This document shows positions 45,577-54,531 of a DNA stretch of 64,000 nt, one piece after another. The notes beneath the pieces were generated by a model that was not told where the DNA came from, ran no database searches, and was given only the letters and a program-made list of their open reading frames with translations. The stretch is from positions 2,015-66,014 of the forward strand of contig JAHBAE010000064.1 of the NCBI GenBank assembly GCA_018384485.1, read 5' to 3'. The DNA is from Kiritimatiellia bacterium (lineage in GTDB: Bacteria; Verrucomicrobiota; Kiritimatiellia; RFP12; UBA1067). Made by a program: the position numbers and the translations under genes. Position 1 is the first letter of the stretch. Every line of letters starts with the position of its first letter.

Positions 45577-46377
45577 ATGCGTAAAACTATGGACGGCATG
45601 CGCTCGTGTTGTTTGACGATTGCGGGCAGCGACAGCGGCGGAAACGCTGGAGTGCAGGCCGACCTGCGCACCTTTCATGCTTATTCTTTGCATGGGTGCA
45701 CTGTCTTTACCGCGCTCACAGCGCAGAATCCAAACGGAGTTTATGCGATAGAGCAAATTCCGGCTGATTTTGTCGCCGCCCAGTTGGATGCCGTTTTGGG
45801 AACTTATAAGATAGCGGCTTTGAAAACTGGTATGCTCGGCTCCGCCGAAGTCGTTTACGCCGTTGCTGAGAAAATAAAGGGCTACGGCGCAATCGCGAAG
45901 GTTGTGGATCCAGTTATGATTGCGACGAGCGGCGCTCCACTCGCGGGCGAAGAGACTCGTCAAGCGATGGAAAAGGTTCTGCTTCCGCTTGCAACTCTGA
46001 TAACGCCGAATATTCCTGAAGCAGAAGTGCTCGCCGGAATACAGATAAGAACTTTGGATGATATGCGCCGCGCCGCGAAATATCTGCATGGAAAGTTTGG
46101 TGCGGCAGTCCTTATAAAAGGCGGGCATCAGGCGAGGAATGCGTCTGAGGCGGAAGATATCCTTTTTGACGGCGTGGAATATTCGTCGTTTGTTCTCCCG
46201 TGGATTGAGAAGCCAGTTTCAACTCATGGAACTGGTTGCACGCTTTCTGCGGCAATCGCATCGGAGCTTGCGCTCGGGCGCAGTTTGAAAGAAGCGGTAA
46301 AAGGAGCGAAGGAATATGTCCACAAGGCGATTTCAAATTCATATCTCGTAGGAGTCGATTGTGGAGTTTTGAAATAG
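45577..46377 (+). CDS. thiD: Hydroxymethylpyrimidine/phosphomethylpyrimidine kinase
   Basis: LTIAGSDSGGNAGVQADLRTF, DPVMIATSGAPL and THGTGCTLSAAIA. Confidence 0.9.
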   Translation: MRKTMDGMRSCCLTIAGSDSGGNAGVQADLRTFHAYSLHGCTVFTALTAQNPNGVYAIEQIPADFVAAQLDAVLGTYKIAALKTGMLGSAEVVYAVAEKIKGYGAIAKVVDPVMIATSGAPLAGEETRQAMEKVLLPLATLITPNIPEAEVLAGIQIRTLDDMRRAAKYLHGKFGAAVLIKGGHQARNASEAEDILFDGVEYSSFVLPWIEKPVSTHGTGCTLSAAIASELALGRSLKEAVKGAKEYVHKAISNSYLVGVDCGVLK

Positions 46378-46497
46378 GCCGTAGCGCCGTAACGATCTTC
46401 TCAAAAAGCCGGAATAAGCAGGTCAAGACGAAAATGCGCTTAAGAGAAAGGAAGGCGTATTAAGGCGGCAGCGAAGAGCGGACCGGGCGGGCGGTTC

Positions 46498-48231
46498 TTG
46501 CCGGTTACGGGAGAGGAGATGCGCAAGCTCGGCTGGAGCCAGGCGGATATTATTCTCGTAAGTGGTGATGCGTACATCGATTCTCCGTATTCTGGCGTGG
46601 CAGTCATCGGGCAGGTGCTATCTCGCGCTGGATATCGCGTAGCGATTTTAAGTCAGCCTGATATGACGGATCCGGATTCCTTTCGTTTGCTTGGTGAGCC
46701 TTCGCTTTTTGGGGGAATCAGTCCTGGATGTGTTGATTCTATGGTCGCCAATTATACGGCATTGGGGAAAAGAAGGCGTCAGGACGATTTTACTCCTGGA
46801 GGAGAAAACAATCGCCGCCCCGATAGGGCTGCTATAGCCTATGCCAATGCAATCCGCGCATCTTGGAAGGCGACGCGGCCGATAATTCTCGGTGGTATCG
46901 AAGCGAGCTTAAGACGAATATCGCATTATGATTTTTGGAGCGACAAGGTTCGCAGGCCCATTGTCTGCGACGCAAAGGCTGATGCGCTTTGTTACGGGAT
47001 GGGTGAGCGAACGATGCTGGCGTTTGCAGAGGCGCTGGAAAAAGGCGAAGATTGGCGAAACATTCCCGGGCTTTGCTGGATGGCGGGTGAAAAGAATTTT
47101 GTTCCGCCGAAGGGGGCGATTGAGCTTCCATCGTATGCCGCGGTTAGTGCTAAGACTGCAGAAGGTAAAAAGGCTTTTACGGAAGCGTTCCTGCAATTTT
47201 ACCGTAATCAGGATTATGTAACTGCCCGTCCGCTTGTTCAGAAGGTCGATAATCGCTACCTTGTGCATAATCCGCCGGCAGCTCCGCTTGAGCGAGACGA
47301 GTTAGATTCTGTTCATTCCATAAAATGGATGCTTGATGCGCCTCCGTCCATCCGTGCGCTCGGAAAGATTCGTGCGCTTGATACAATTCGTTTCGGCGTC
47401 ACAACCCATCGAGGGTGCTACGGCGAATGCAGGTTTTGCGCGATTGCAGTTCATCAGGGGCGGCGGATTGTAAGCCGCTCGCAAGAGAGCGTCGTCAATG
47501 AAGTTGAGGGTTTTTTAAGTCATCCTCTTTTTCGCGGAGTCGTTTCCGATGTGGGTGGCCCCACTGCGAATATGTATGGGTTTGATTGCGCGAGAAAATC
47601 TTCTTCTGGGGCATGTCGCGAGCGCAGCTGCCTTTTCCCGAGCCTTTGCCCCGCGCTCAAGCCCGATCACCGGCCGCAGCTTAATCTTTTGCGCCGTCTC
47701 AGGTCGTTATCAGGCGTTAAACATGTTTTCGTTGCGAGCGGGATAAGGCCCGATATTGTTTCGGCGGACAAGTCATGTGGAGACGAGTATATTTCCACCA
47801 TTGCCAGGCACCACGTTTCTGGACAGCCGAAGCTCGCGCCCGAGCATGTGGTAGGGCATGTTCTTGAGTGTATGGGCAAGCCGAGCGTAAAAAGTCTTCT
47901 TGAGTTCAAGAGGAAGTTCGACGCCGCAAGCCAAAAATGTGCGAAGAAGCAGTTTCTTACGTATTACTTTATCGCGGCGCATCCGGGCTGCAGCGAAGCA
48001 GATATGCGTGAGCTTAAGGTTTTCGCCGAGCGCAGTTTGAATTTGCGCCCTGAGCAGGTCCAAATTTTCACGCCTACTCCTATGACGGCTGCTACATGTA
48101 TGTATTATACGGGAATCGATCCTTTCACAGGGAAAAACGTTTATGTAGCGCGCGGACTTGGTGAAAAGCAGCGCCAAAAAGACATTCTAATGAAGCGCTA
48201 TGCAAGTGTCGCATCGCGGAAAATAAAGTGA
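46498..48231 (+). CDS. ygiQ: YgiQ family radical SAM protein (UPF0313)
   Basis: EEMRKLGWSQADIILVSGDAYIDSPYSGVAVIG resembles the E. coli YgiQ N-terminus, and CYGECRFCAI is the radical-SAM motif. The start is uncertain (TTG 46498 or ATG 46519; see findings). Confidence 0.83.
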   Translation: MPVTGEEMRKLGWSQADIILVSGDAYIDSPYSGVAVIGQVLSRAGYRVAILSQPDMTDPDSFRLLGEPSLFGGISPGCVDSMVANYTALGKRRRQDDFTPGGENNRRPDRAAIAYANAIRASWKATRPIILGGIEASLRRISHYDFWSDKVRRPIVCDAKADALCYGMGERTMLAFAEALEKGEDWRNIPGLCWMAGEKNFVPPKGAIELPSYAAVSAKTAEGKKAFTEAFLQFYRNQDYVTARPLVQKVDNRYLVHNPPAAPLERDELDSVHSIKWMLDAPPSIRALGKIRALDTIRFGVTTHRGCYGECRFCAIAVHQGRRIVSRSQESVVNEVEGFLSHPLFRGVVSDVGGPTANMYGFDCARKSSSGACRERSCLFPSLCPALKPDHRPQLNLLRRLRSLSGVKHVFVASGIRPDIVSADKSCGDEYISTIARHHVSGQPKLAPEHVVGHVLECMGKPSVKSLLEFKRKFDAASQKCAKKQFLTYYFIAAHPGCSEADMRELKVFAERSLNLRPEQVQIFTPTPMTAATCMYYTGIDPFTGKNVYVARGLGEKQRQKDILMKRYASVASRKIK

Positions 48232-48261
48232 TTTTTATCTTCACACAAAATGTGTGGAATA

Positions 48262-48270
48262 TGTTATAAT
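48262..48270 (+). promoter_or_regulatory. Extended -10 promoter TGTTATAAT with 140-nt leader
   Basis: It is the only promoter-like box in the 179-nt gap. The palindrome CACACAaaaTGTGTG (48242-48256) sits at the -35 position. Confidence 0.45.
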
Positions 48271-48410
48271 AAACTTGTGATTCAGATGAGGATGTATGAG
48301 AGGTTGATTAAATATCCCATATGAGGGTAAAAATTTTAAATCGGTAACACGGAGCAAGAATGCGCCCTATTCTTGTGACGTGAAAATTAATAAGGGCAAA
48401 AAAAGGAACA

Positions 48411-48929
48411 ATGAAAATGAAAAAGTTATTGATTGGAATGGTTATTGCAGCTGTTGGCGCAGGATGTATCACTGCTAACAAGAATGACGGTGGCAATAGC
48501 TCTCTTAAGCCTGAACAGATTAAGGATGCTCTTCACCTCAAGTATGCTGTTGAAAAGAATACGGTTTCTGCTAAGGACCAGATGCATTGCCTCTTCGGCT
48601 TTATCTGCTGGGGCAGCACGGCTTCTCACGCGGCTGACCAGGGTGAGGCAGGCCTTTCCCTCCTTAGCAAGGTCAAGAACGGTGCATACGCTAATGCTTG
48701 CGAAGCGGCAAATTGCGATCAGATTGCTGCCGCACGTTATAAAGTAACTACCAAGGATTATTTCGTATATCAGAAGAGTCAGGCTGAAATCACGGGTTAT
48801 CCTGTTAAGGTTGTTGACGTAGAGACTGTTGATGTAATCAAGAATCCTACGTTTTACGCCCCTGATGCTGGCGCGTCCATGGGTGCAGCCGCCGATCCTT
48901 TTGGTGCGATAAAAGGGCTCCTTAAGTAA
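48411..48929 (+). CDS. Lipoprotein, function unknown (possibly TRL-like)
   Basis: Signal plus lipobox MKMKKLLIGMVIAAVGAGC, and SD AAAGGAAC. The family call is only a weak impression. Confidence 0.6.
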   Translation: MKMKKLLIGMVIAAVGAGCITANKNDGGNSSLKPEQIKDALHLKYAVEKNTVSAKDQMHCLFGFICWGSTASHAADQGEAGLSLLSKVKNGAYANACEAANCDQIAAARYKVTTKDYFVYQKSQAEITGYPVKVVDVETVDVIKNPTFYAPDAGASMGAAADPFGAIKGLLK

Positions 48930-48952
48930 TTCGAGCTTCTTTTAATTAAAAA

Positions 48953-48990
48953 GTGCCTTCCGTAAGGAGGGCACTTTTAGTTTTATTTTT
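48953..48990 (+). terminator. Rho-independent terminator
   Basis: GTGCCTTCC-GTAA-GGAGGGCAC (9-bp stem, one G.U) followed by TTTTAGTTTTATTTTT. Confidence 0.75.
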
Positions 48991-48997
48991 AGCCTAG

Positions 48998-49027
48998 TTG
49001 ATTTTAAACAGGCAATTTTGGTATACT
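48998..49027 (+). promoter_or_regulatory. rpsT promoter TTGATT-18 nt-(TG)G-TATACT
   Basis: TTGATT at 48998-49003 and TGGTATACT at 49019-49027, with a 42-nt leader. Confidence 0.6.
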
Positions 49028-49069
49028 ATGCGCCGAACATTCCCATAAACAGTTCAAGGATTAAAGAAA

Positions 49070-49345
49070 ATGGCTAATATCAAGGGCGGCCGCGCCGCCA
49101 GAAAACGCGATCGCCAGAACGAAAAGGCTCGCAAGCGCAACTCCGTGTGCAAGGCTAAATTGCACGACGCACATAAGAAGCTCTTCAAGAACGCCGATGC
49201 AGGCAAGCGTGAAGATGCTGAGAAGAAATTCAAAGAATTTGTCTCTGGTCTCGATAAGGCCGTTAAGAAGGGGATCATCTCGAAGAACACGGCTGACCGC
49301 AAGAAATCTCGCGCTCAGCTCAAGCTCAACAAGATGGCCAAGTAA
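49070..49345 (+). CDS. rpsT: 30S ribosomal protein S20
   Basis: MANIKGGRAARKRDRQNEKARKRN..., a basic helical 91-aa protein. Confidence 0.9.
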   Translation: MANIKGGRAARKRDRQNEKARKRNSVCKAKLHDAHKKLFKNADAGKREDAEKKFKEFVSGLDKAVKKGIISKNTADRKKSRAQLKLNKMAK

Positions 49346-49376
49346 CAAAAGGGCGGATTCGGGAATGTGAAGTGCT

Positions 49377-49413
49377 AAGGGGCATCGGAATGTAGGGCAT
49401 TCTGGTGCCCCTT
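49377..49413 (+). other. Extended stem-loop between rpsT and pgk (terminator or processing site?)
   Basis: AAGGGGCA...TGCCCCTT forms the outer stem and GGAATG/CATTCT an inner stem. No U-tract follows directly. Confidence 0.3.
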
Positions 49414-49452
49414 GCGACAATAAAAAAACGATTTTTACGAAAGGATAAAAAA

Positions 49453-50766
49453 ATGGATAAGAAAACTCTTCGTGATGTTGATTTGGCGGGCAAGCGCGTT
49501 CTTATGCGCGTAGATTTCAACGTGCCCATGGCGAAGGATGGCAGCGGCAAGATTACTGACGATACGCGTATCGTTGCGGCTCTTCCTTCGATCAAGTATG
49601 TGCTCGAGCAGGGCGGTTCGCTTGTTCTTATGAGCCACCTTGGCCGCCCGAAAGGCGTCAAGCTCGGCGCAGAGGCGAATCCCGACAATGCGGCATTCAC
49701 GCTTAAGCCTGTTGCCGAAGCTCTCTCCGAGAAGCTTGGCATCAAGGTGAAGTTCGTTGCCGACTGCATGGCCGCCGACGATGTTGTTTCCGCTCTTAAG
49801 CCCGGCGAAGTGGCGCTTCTTGAAAATACCCGTTTCTACAAGGCTGAAGATGGCAAGGTTAAGAAGGATGACGAGAAGAAGGGCATCCATCTTACCGATG
49901 AAGAATTTGCTGAGAAGAAGGCGGAGCTTAAAAAGAGCCGTCAGGAAATGGCCAAGAAGCTCGCCTCCTACGGCGAGATCTACTGCAATGACGCATTCGG
50001 CACGGCCCACCGCGCTCACGCCTCGACGGCAGTCGTGGCCGATTATATTCAGCCTGCCGTCTCTGGCTTCCTCCTTGAAAAGGAAATTCAGTTCCTCGGC
50101 GACGCCGTTGAAAAGCCTGTTCGTCCGTTTGTCGCCATTCTCGGTGGCGCGAAGGTCTCCGACAAGCTCGCGGTTGTCAAGGCGCTTCTCGACAAGGTCG
50201 ACACTCTTATCATCGGCGGCGGCATGGCCTACACATTCAAGAAGGCTCAGGGCATGAAGATCGGCGCCTCTCTTTGCGAGGACGATCAGGTTGCTTACTG
50301 CGCCGAAATGCTTGCTGCGGCCGCGGCGAAGGGCATTAAGATCCTTCTCCCCGTTGACAATGTCATCGCCGACAAGTTCCCTGCCACGAAGGATGCTTCC
50401 GATGTCGAGCTTAAGACGATCGAGGGCGATATCCCCGACGGCTGGATGGGGCTTGATATCGGGCCTAAGTCGGTCGCGCTCTTCGCCGAGGCACTTCGCG
50501 ATGCGAAGACGGTTGTCTGGAACGGGCCTATGGGCTGCTTTGAGTTCGCTCCTCTTTCGAAGGGCACTTACGGCGTTTGCGATGCAGTTGCCAGGGTCAA
50601 GGCCGCGGGCGGCATCTCGATTATCGGCGGCGGAGACTCTGTCAGCGCCGTTAAGAAGTCTGGCAAGGCTGGCGAAATGAGCCACGTCTCCACAGGCGGC
50701 GGCGCTTCGCTCGAGTTCCTCGAAGGCAAGACGCTTCCTGGCGTTGCCGCACTTACCGACAAGTAA
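49453..50766 (+). CDS. pgk: Phosphoglycerate kinase (long form with Lys/Glu-rich insertion)
   Basis: [25 protein letters not shown] and [15 protein letters not shown]. Start moved to ATG 49453 (GAAAGGA upstream) rather than the track's 49405. Confidence 0.92.
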   Translation: MDKKTLRDVDLAGKRVLMRVDFNVPMAKDGSGKITDDTRIVAALPSIKYVLEQGGSLVLMSHLGRPKGVKLGAEANPDNAAFTLKPVAEALSEKLGIKVKFVADCMAADDVVSALKPGEVALLENTRFYKAEDGKVKKDDEKKGIHLTDEEFAEKKAELKKSRQEMAKKLASYGEIYCNDAFGTAHRAHASTAVVADYIQPAVSGFLLEKEIQFLGDAVEKPVRPFVAILGGAKVSDKLAVVKALLDKVDTLIIGGGMAYTFKKAQGMKIGASLCEDDQVAYCAEMLAAAAAKGIKILLPVDNVIADKFPATKDASDVELKTIEGDIPDGWMGLDIGPKSVALFAEALRDAKTVVWNGPMGCFEFAPLSKGTYGVCDAVARVKAAGGISIIGGGDSVSAVKKSGKAGEMSHVSTGGGASLEFLEGKTLPGVAALTDK

Positions 50767-50787
50767 TACTTTGCGGTAAGCGTGAAG

Positions 50788-50848
50788 AGGGGGTGTTTTA
50801 CGGAGAAAATTCCGCAAAATACCCCCTTGCGCGTTAAGGCGCATTTTT
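50788..50848 (+). terminator. Tandem-hairpin terminator after pgk
   Basis: AGGGGGTGTTTT (50788-99) pairs with AAAATACCCCCT (50816-27). It is followed by TGCGC-gttaag-GCGCA (50828-43) and TTTTT. Confidence 0.6.
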
Positions 50849-50856
50849 GATATACT
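50848..50856 (+). promoter_or_regulatory. Extended -10 promoter TGATATACT of the S10 operon
   Basis: It lies immediately after the pgk terminator. The leader to rpsJ ATG 51154 is 297 nt. Confidence 0.5.
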
Positions 50857-50882
50857 ACACATAATTCTCTCAAGAGAAGGGT

Positions 50883-50968
50883 CGCGATACGGGCAGGTAA
50901 ATCCCGTCGCGTCGTGACCGCAAAGCTAGAAATGCTCGCGGTCATGATGATGGCCGCGTGATTTTTTT
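50883..50968 (+). promoter_or_regulatory. S10-operon leader attenuator (three alternative hairpins + U7)
   Basis: Terminator: CGCGGTCAT-GATG-ATGGCCGCG (50937-50958), then TGATTTTTTT. Antiterminator: 50911-50921 pairs with 50938-50948. Upstream hairpin: 50883-50911. Confidence 0.55.
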
Positions 50969-51153
50969 GAGAGAACTGCTGGGCCGGAACCCAGTTGCGA
51001 GCGAGGTGCCAAAGGGGCCTCCCGCGCCAACGCCAAAAGCCGCAAATGCGGCGGGCGAACGCGGATGTCGCAACCGTCGAGGCACAGGAAACTGAGGGAT
51101 GACGGAGTTAAAACACTCCTGAATCGAAACGAAAAAGTAAGGAAATAAGACAA

Positions 51154-51462
51154 ATGCAGCAGCAAAGAGTCCGCATCCGCCTTCAGGCATACGATCATCG
51201 TGTGCTCGATCAGGCCGTCGGTGGTATTATCGACACGGCCAGAGGGACGGGTGCGCAGGTTGTGGGGCCCATCCCCCTGCCTACGCGTGTCGAGCGTTTT
51301 ACGGTGAACCGTTCACCGAACGTCGACAAGAAGTCCATGGATCAGTTCGAGATGCGCACACATAAGCGCCTTCTCGATATCGTCAACCCGACGGCTCAGA
51401 CGATCGACGAGCTCAAGAAGCTCAATCTTCCAGCTGGCGTAGACATCACCATCAAGGTCTGA
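51154..51462 (+). CDS. rpsJ: 30S ribosomal protein S10
   Basis: [17 protein letters not shown]...GPIPLPT; first gene of the conserved S10 cluster. Confidence 0.95.
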   Translation: MQQQRVRIRLQAYDHRVLDQAVGGIIDTARGTGAQVVGPIPLPTRVERFTVNRSPNVDKKSMDQFEMRTHKRLLDIVNPTAQTIDELKKLNLPAGVDITIKV

Positions 51463-51472
51463 GGAGGGTGCT

Positions 51473-52135
51473 ATGGAAGGTTTGATAGGTAAGAAGGTTG
51501 GAATGACCCAGGTGTACGACTCCGAGGGCAACCGTACCTGCGTGACCGTTATTGAGTGCGGTCCGTGCCCCGTTGTTCAGCTCAAGACCCTTGAAAAGGA
51601 TGGTTATGAGGCCGCCCAGCTCGGTTTCGGTCCTCAGAAGCCCCAGCGCCTTGCTAAGGCCCAGCGCGTCCGTTTTGAGAAGGCTGGCGTCGGCGCAGTC
51701 AAGGTTCTCAAGGAATTTGCTCTTGACGAGGGCGAGAAGCTTGAAGTCGGCCAGGCTTTGACGGTTTCGAATTTCGAAGGCGTCAAGTACGTCGATGTTT
51801 CCGGTATGACCAAAGGTAAGGGTTTTGCCGGCGTTATCAAGAAGTGGGGTTTTGCCGGCGGCAACATGACGCACGGCGGCCACTCCAAGCGTCGTACAGG
51901 CGGCCTCGCCGCGCGTGACCTCCCCGGTTGGATCGAAAAGGGCAAGAAGATGCCTGGAGATATGGGTGATGTCAGCCGCAAGGCCATGAACCTCGAGGTT
52001 GTTGCGATTCGTCCCGAAGACAATGCGCTTCTCGTCAAGGGTTCCGTCCCTGGCGCGCGCAACGGGATCGTTATAATCCGCAAGTCCCTCAAGAACAACG
52101 CGCTCGCTTACAAGGCGGCTCAGGGAGGGAAGTAA
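51473..52135 (+). CDS. rplC: 50S ribosomal protein L3
   Basis: GLIGKKVGMTQVYD...; conserved order. Confidence 0.95.
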   Translation: MEGLIGKKVGMTQVYDSEGNRTCVTVIECGPCPVVQLKTLEKDGYEAAQLGFGPQKPQRLAKAQRVRFEKAGVGAVKVLKEFALDEGEKLEVGQALTVSNFEGVKYVDVSGMTKGKGFAGVIKKWGFAGGNMTHGGHSKRRTGGLAARDLPGWIEKGKKMPGDMGDVSRKAMNLEVVAIRPEDNALLVKGSVPGARNGIVIIRKSLKNNALAYKAAQGGK

Positions 52136-52138
52136 GCC

Positions 52139-52732
52139 ATGCAGAAGATAGAAATTACGTTTGACGAATCGCAGTTGACGCTCGACAAGGGCGAACAGGC
52201 GGTTAAGGACGCTGTCACTGCCATCCGCAACGCTTTGCGCGCAGGCACCGCTTGCACGAAGGGCAAGGGTGAAGTGGCCGGCTCCAACAAGAAGCCCTGG
52301 AAGCAGAAGGGTACAGGCAATGCTCGCGCCGGTTTTCGTCAGTCGCCCGTGTGGCGCGGCGGTGGCGTAGTCCACGGTCCGAAGCCTCGCAGCTATGAGC
52401 AGAAGATTAACAAGAAGGTGATGAAGCTCGCTTTCGCGCGCGCATTCTCCGACAAGCTCAAAGCCGGCGATGTCATCGTCGTCGACGAGTTCAAGTTCGA
52501 GGCGCCCAAGACGAAGCTTATGGCCGGCTTCCTCAAGACTCTCGGCATTGATCGCACCGCCGTCGTCGTCCAGAAGGATGTTGATGATACGGTCGTTTTG
52601 GTCACGTCCAACCTGCCTCGCATTGATTACTCAACTGCGCAGGCTCTTGACGTCTACACCGTTCTTGCCAACCGCAAGCTCGTTTGTGACAAGGCCGCAT
52701 TCGAGGCTCTCATGGCCAGGATCGCCAAGTAA
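52139..52732 (+). CDS. rplD: 50S ribosomal protein L4
   Basis: KKPWKQKGTGNARAGFRQSPVWRGGGVVHGPKPR. Confidence 0.95.
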   Translation: MQKIEITFDESQLTLDKGEQAVKDAVTAIRNALRAGTACTKGKGEVAGSNKKPWKQKGTGNARAGFRQSPVWRGGGVVHGPKPRSYEQKINKKVMKLAFARAFSDKLKAGDVIVVDEFKFEAPKTKLMAGFLKTLGIDRTAVVVQKDVDDTVVLVTSNLPRIDYSTAQALDVYTVLANRKLVCDKAAFEALMARIAK

Positions 52733-52746
52733 GGAGACTTAAAGTC

Positions 52747-53049
52747 ATGACGAAGAAAGAACTTAAGGAAAAGACAGGCGGCGTCATTCTTGACGTGCTT
52801 ATCACCGAGAAGAGCTCAATGCTTTCCGTTGAGAACCGCTATGCGCTCAAGGTTGCGCGTGATGCTCGCAAGCCGCAGATTGCCAAGATGGCGGAAGCCG
52901 CTTTTGGCGTGCACGTTCTCGCTGTGCGTACAGCCAACATGAAGGGCGGGCTTAGGTACATCCGCGGCACGCGCCGCGTTGAGACGGAAGCTACCTGGAA
53001 GAAGGCGATCGTTACCGTTAAGGCCGGCGAGCGCGTTGAACTCGCGTAA
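52747..53049 (+). CDS. rplW: 50S ribosomal protein L23
   Basis: Size and position between L4 and L2; ITEKS...KVARDARKPQI. Confidence 0.9.
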   Translation: MTKKELKEKTGGVILDVLITEKSSMLSVENRYALKVARDARKPQIAKMAEAAFGVHVLAVRTANMKGGLRYIRGTRRVETEATWKKAIVTVKAGERVELA

Positions 53050-53063
53050 GGAGATCTAAAACT

Positions 53064-53888
53064 ATGGCACTTAAAAAGTATAAAGCCCGTTCGTGCGGCA
53101 TGCGCTTCCGCGAGTCCGTCACGTTCGAGGAAATCACCGAGAAAAAGCCGGTGAAGAGCCTGACGCGTGCGGTTCGCAAGACTGCAGGCCGCAACAACCA
53201 GGGCCGTATCACCACTCGTCATCACGGCGGTGGCGTCAAGCAGCGTTTGAGAATCGTTGATTTCAAGCGTCGCAAAGAGGGTGTCGAGGCTACTGTTCTC
53301 GATATCGCTTACGATCCTACCCGTAGCGCCTACCTCGCGCTTCTCGAGTATGCCGATGGAGTCAAGAGCTATGTTCTCGCTCCTGAAGGGCTCAAGCAGG
53401 GTATGAAGGTTATGAACGGTCCGACGGCCGAGGCTACGGTTGGCAACTGCCTCCCCCTCGCGCAGATTCCTCTCGGAATGTCGGTTCACGCGATCGAACT
53501 CGTTCCCGGTCAGGGCGCCAAGATTGGCCGCAGCGCCGGTAATGCTTGCCAGGTAATGGCTCGTGACGGCAACCGCGTCACATTGAAGATGCCTTCTGGC
53601 GAAGTTCGTATTTTCGACGGCCGTTGCCGTGCGTGCATCGGATCTGTAGGAAACAAGGATTGGGGTTCAATCAAGCTCGGTAAGGCCGGACGCAAGCGTC
53701 TCATGGGCGTTCGTCCTACTGTTCGCGGTGTTGCTATGAACCCTGTAGACCACCCGATGGGCGGCGGTGAAGGCCGTACGTCCGGCGGCAGCCATCCGCG
53801 TTCGCCTTGGGGTCAGCTCGCAAAGGGCGGCAAGACCCGCGCGAAGAGGAAGGCGTCCAACAAGGTTATCGTCAAGAGGAGGAAATAA
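53064..53888 (+). CDS. rplB: 50S ribosomal protein L2
   Basis: GRNNQGRITTRHHGGG, VRGVAMNPVDHPMGGGEG. Confidence 0.96.
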   Translation: MALKKYKARSCGMRFRESVTFEEITEKKPVKSLTRAVRKTAGRNNQGRITTRHHGGGVKQRLRIVDFKRRKEGVEATVLDIAYDPTRSAYLALLEYADGVKSYVLAPEGLKQGMKVMNGPTAEATVGNCLPLAQIPLGMSVHAIELVPGQGAKIGRSAGNACQVMARDGNRVTLKMPSGEVRIFDGRCRACIGSVGNKDWGSIKLGKAGRKRLMGVRPTVRGVAMNPVDHPMGGGEGRTSGGSHPRSPWGQLAKGGKTRAKRKASNKVIVKRRK

Positions 53889-53891
53889 GCC

Positions 53892-54167
53892 ATGAGTCGT
53901 TCTCTCAAGAAGGGGCCTTATGTCGAGGAAAGCCTCCTCCGCAAGGTCGAAAAGATGCAGGCGAGCGGTAAGAAGCAGCCGATTAAAACGTGGAGCCGTC
54001 GTTCGATGGTCCTCCCCGATTTCGTCGGTCTGACGTTCGCGATTCACAATGGCCGTCAGCATATGCCGGTCTTCATCACGGAAAACATGGTCGGTCACAG
54101 ACTCGGTGAGTTCGCCCCCACGCGTACGTTCAAGTCGCACGGCAACTCCGCCAAGGCCGACAAGTAA
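53892..54167 (+). CDS. rpsS: 30S ribosomal protein S19
   Basis: [15 protein letters not shown]...IKTWSRRS...[13 protein letters not shown]. Confidence 0.95.
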   Translation: MSRSLKKGPYVEESLLRKVEKMQASGKKQPIKTWSRRSMVLPDFVGLTFAIHNGRQHMPVFITENMVGHRLGEFAPTRTFKSHGNSAKADK

Positions 54168-54179
54168 GGGAGCTGAAAG

Positions 54180-54530
54180 ATGGAAGTGACAGCCATTACC
54201 CGCAACGCGCGTATGTCGGCATTCAAGGGCCGTCCCTTGGCGCGCGCATGTCAGGGGTTGAAGGCCTCTGAAGCGCTTAAGGTGGTCGAGTTCTCGCCTA
54301 AGAAGGCGGCGATCATCATCAAGAAGACGCTTCTTTCCGCCATTGCCAACGCCAAGAACAACAACGGTGTTGAGCAGCCTGGCGAAATGACGGTCAAGCT
54401 TTGCGTTCTCGACGAGTCCGTCAGAATGCGTCGCTATTGGCCCACCGCTCGTGGATCGGCCCATCCGATCGCACGCCGCATGTGCCATTGCAAGGTGGTT
54501 CTTACGGACGATAAGAAGGGAGCTAAGTAA
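54180..54530 (+). CDS. rplV: 50S ribosomal protein L22
   Basis: Position and size; [19 protein letters not shown]. Confidence 0.92.
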   Translation: MEVTAITRNARMSAFKGRPLARACQGLKASEALKVVEFSPKKAAIIIKKTLLSAIANAKNNNGVEQPGEMTVKLCVLDESVRMRRYWPTARGSAHPIARRMCHCKVVLTDDKKGAK

Positions 54531-54531
54531 T

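Noticed and set aside
49405-49452. Track start ATG 49405 for pgk (adds [16 protein letters not shown])
   Set aside because: The extension begins inside the rpsT-pgk stem-loop and has no SD. ATG 49453 is preceded by GAAAGGA and gives the canonical PGK N-terminus.
50932-50961. Mini-ORF ATG CTC GCG GTC ATG ATG ATG GCC GCG TGA (MLAVMMMAA) spanning the S10 leader terminator hairpin, a possible leader peptide
   Set aside because: It has no Shine-Dalgarno. The ATG triplets arise from the hairpin arms and loop, and a Met-sensing leader peptide makes no sense for a ribosomal protein operon. I kept it only as a caveat to the attenuator model.
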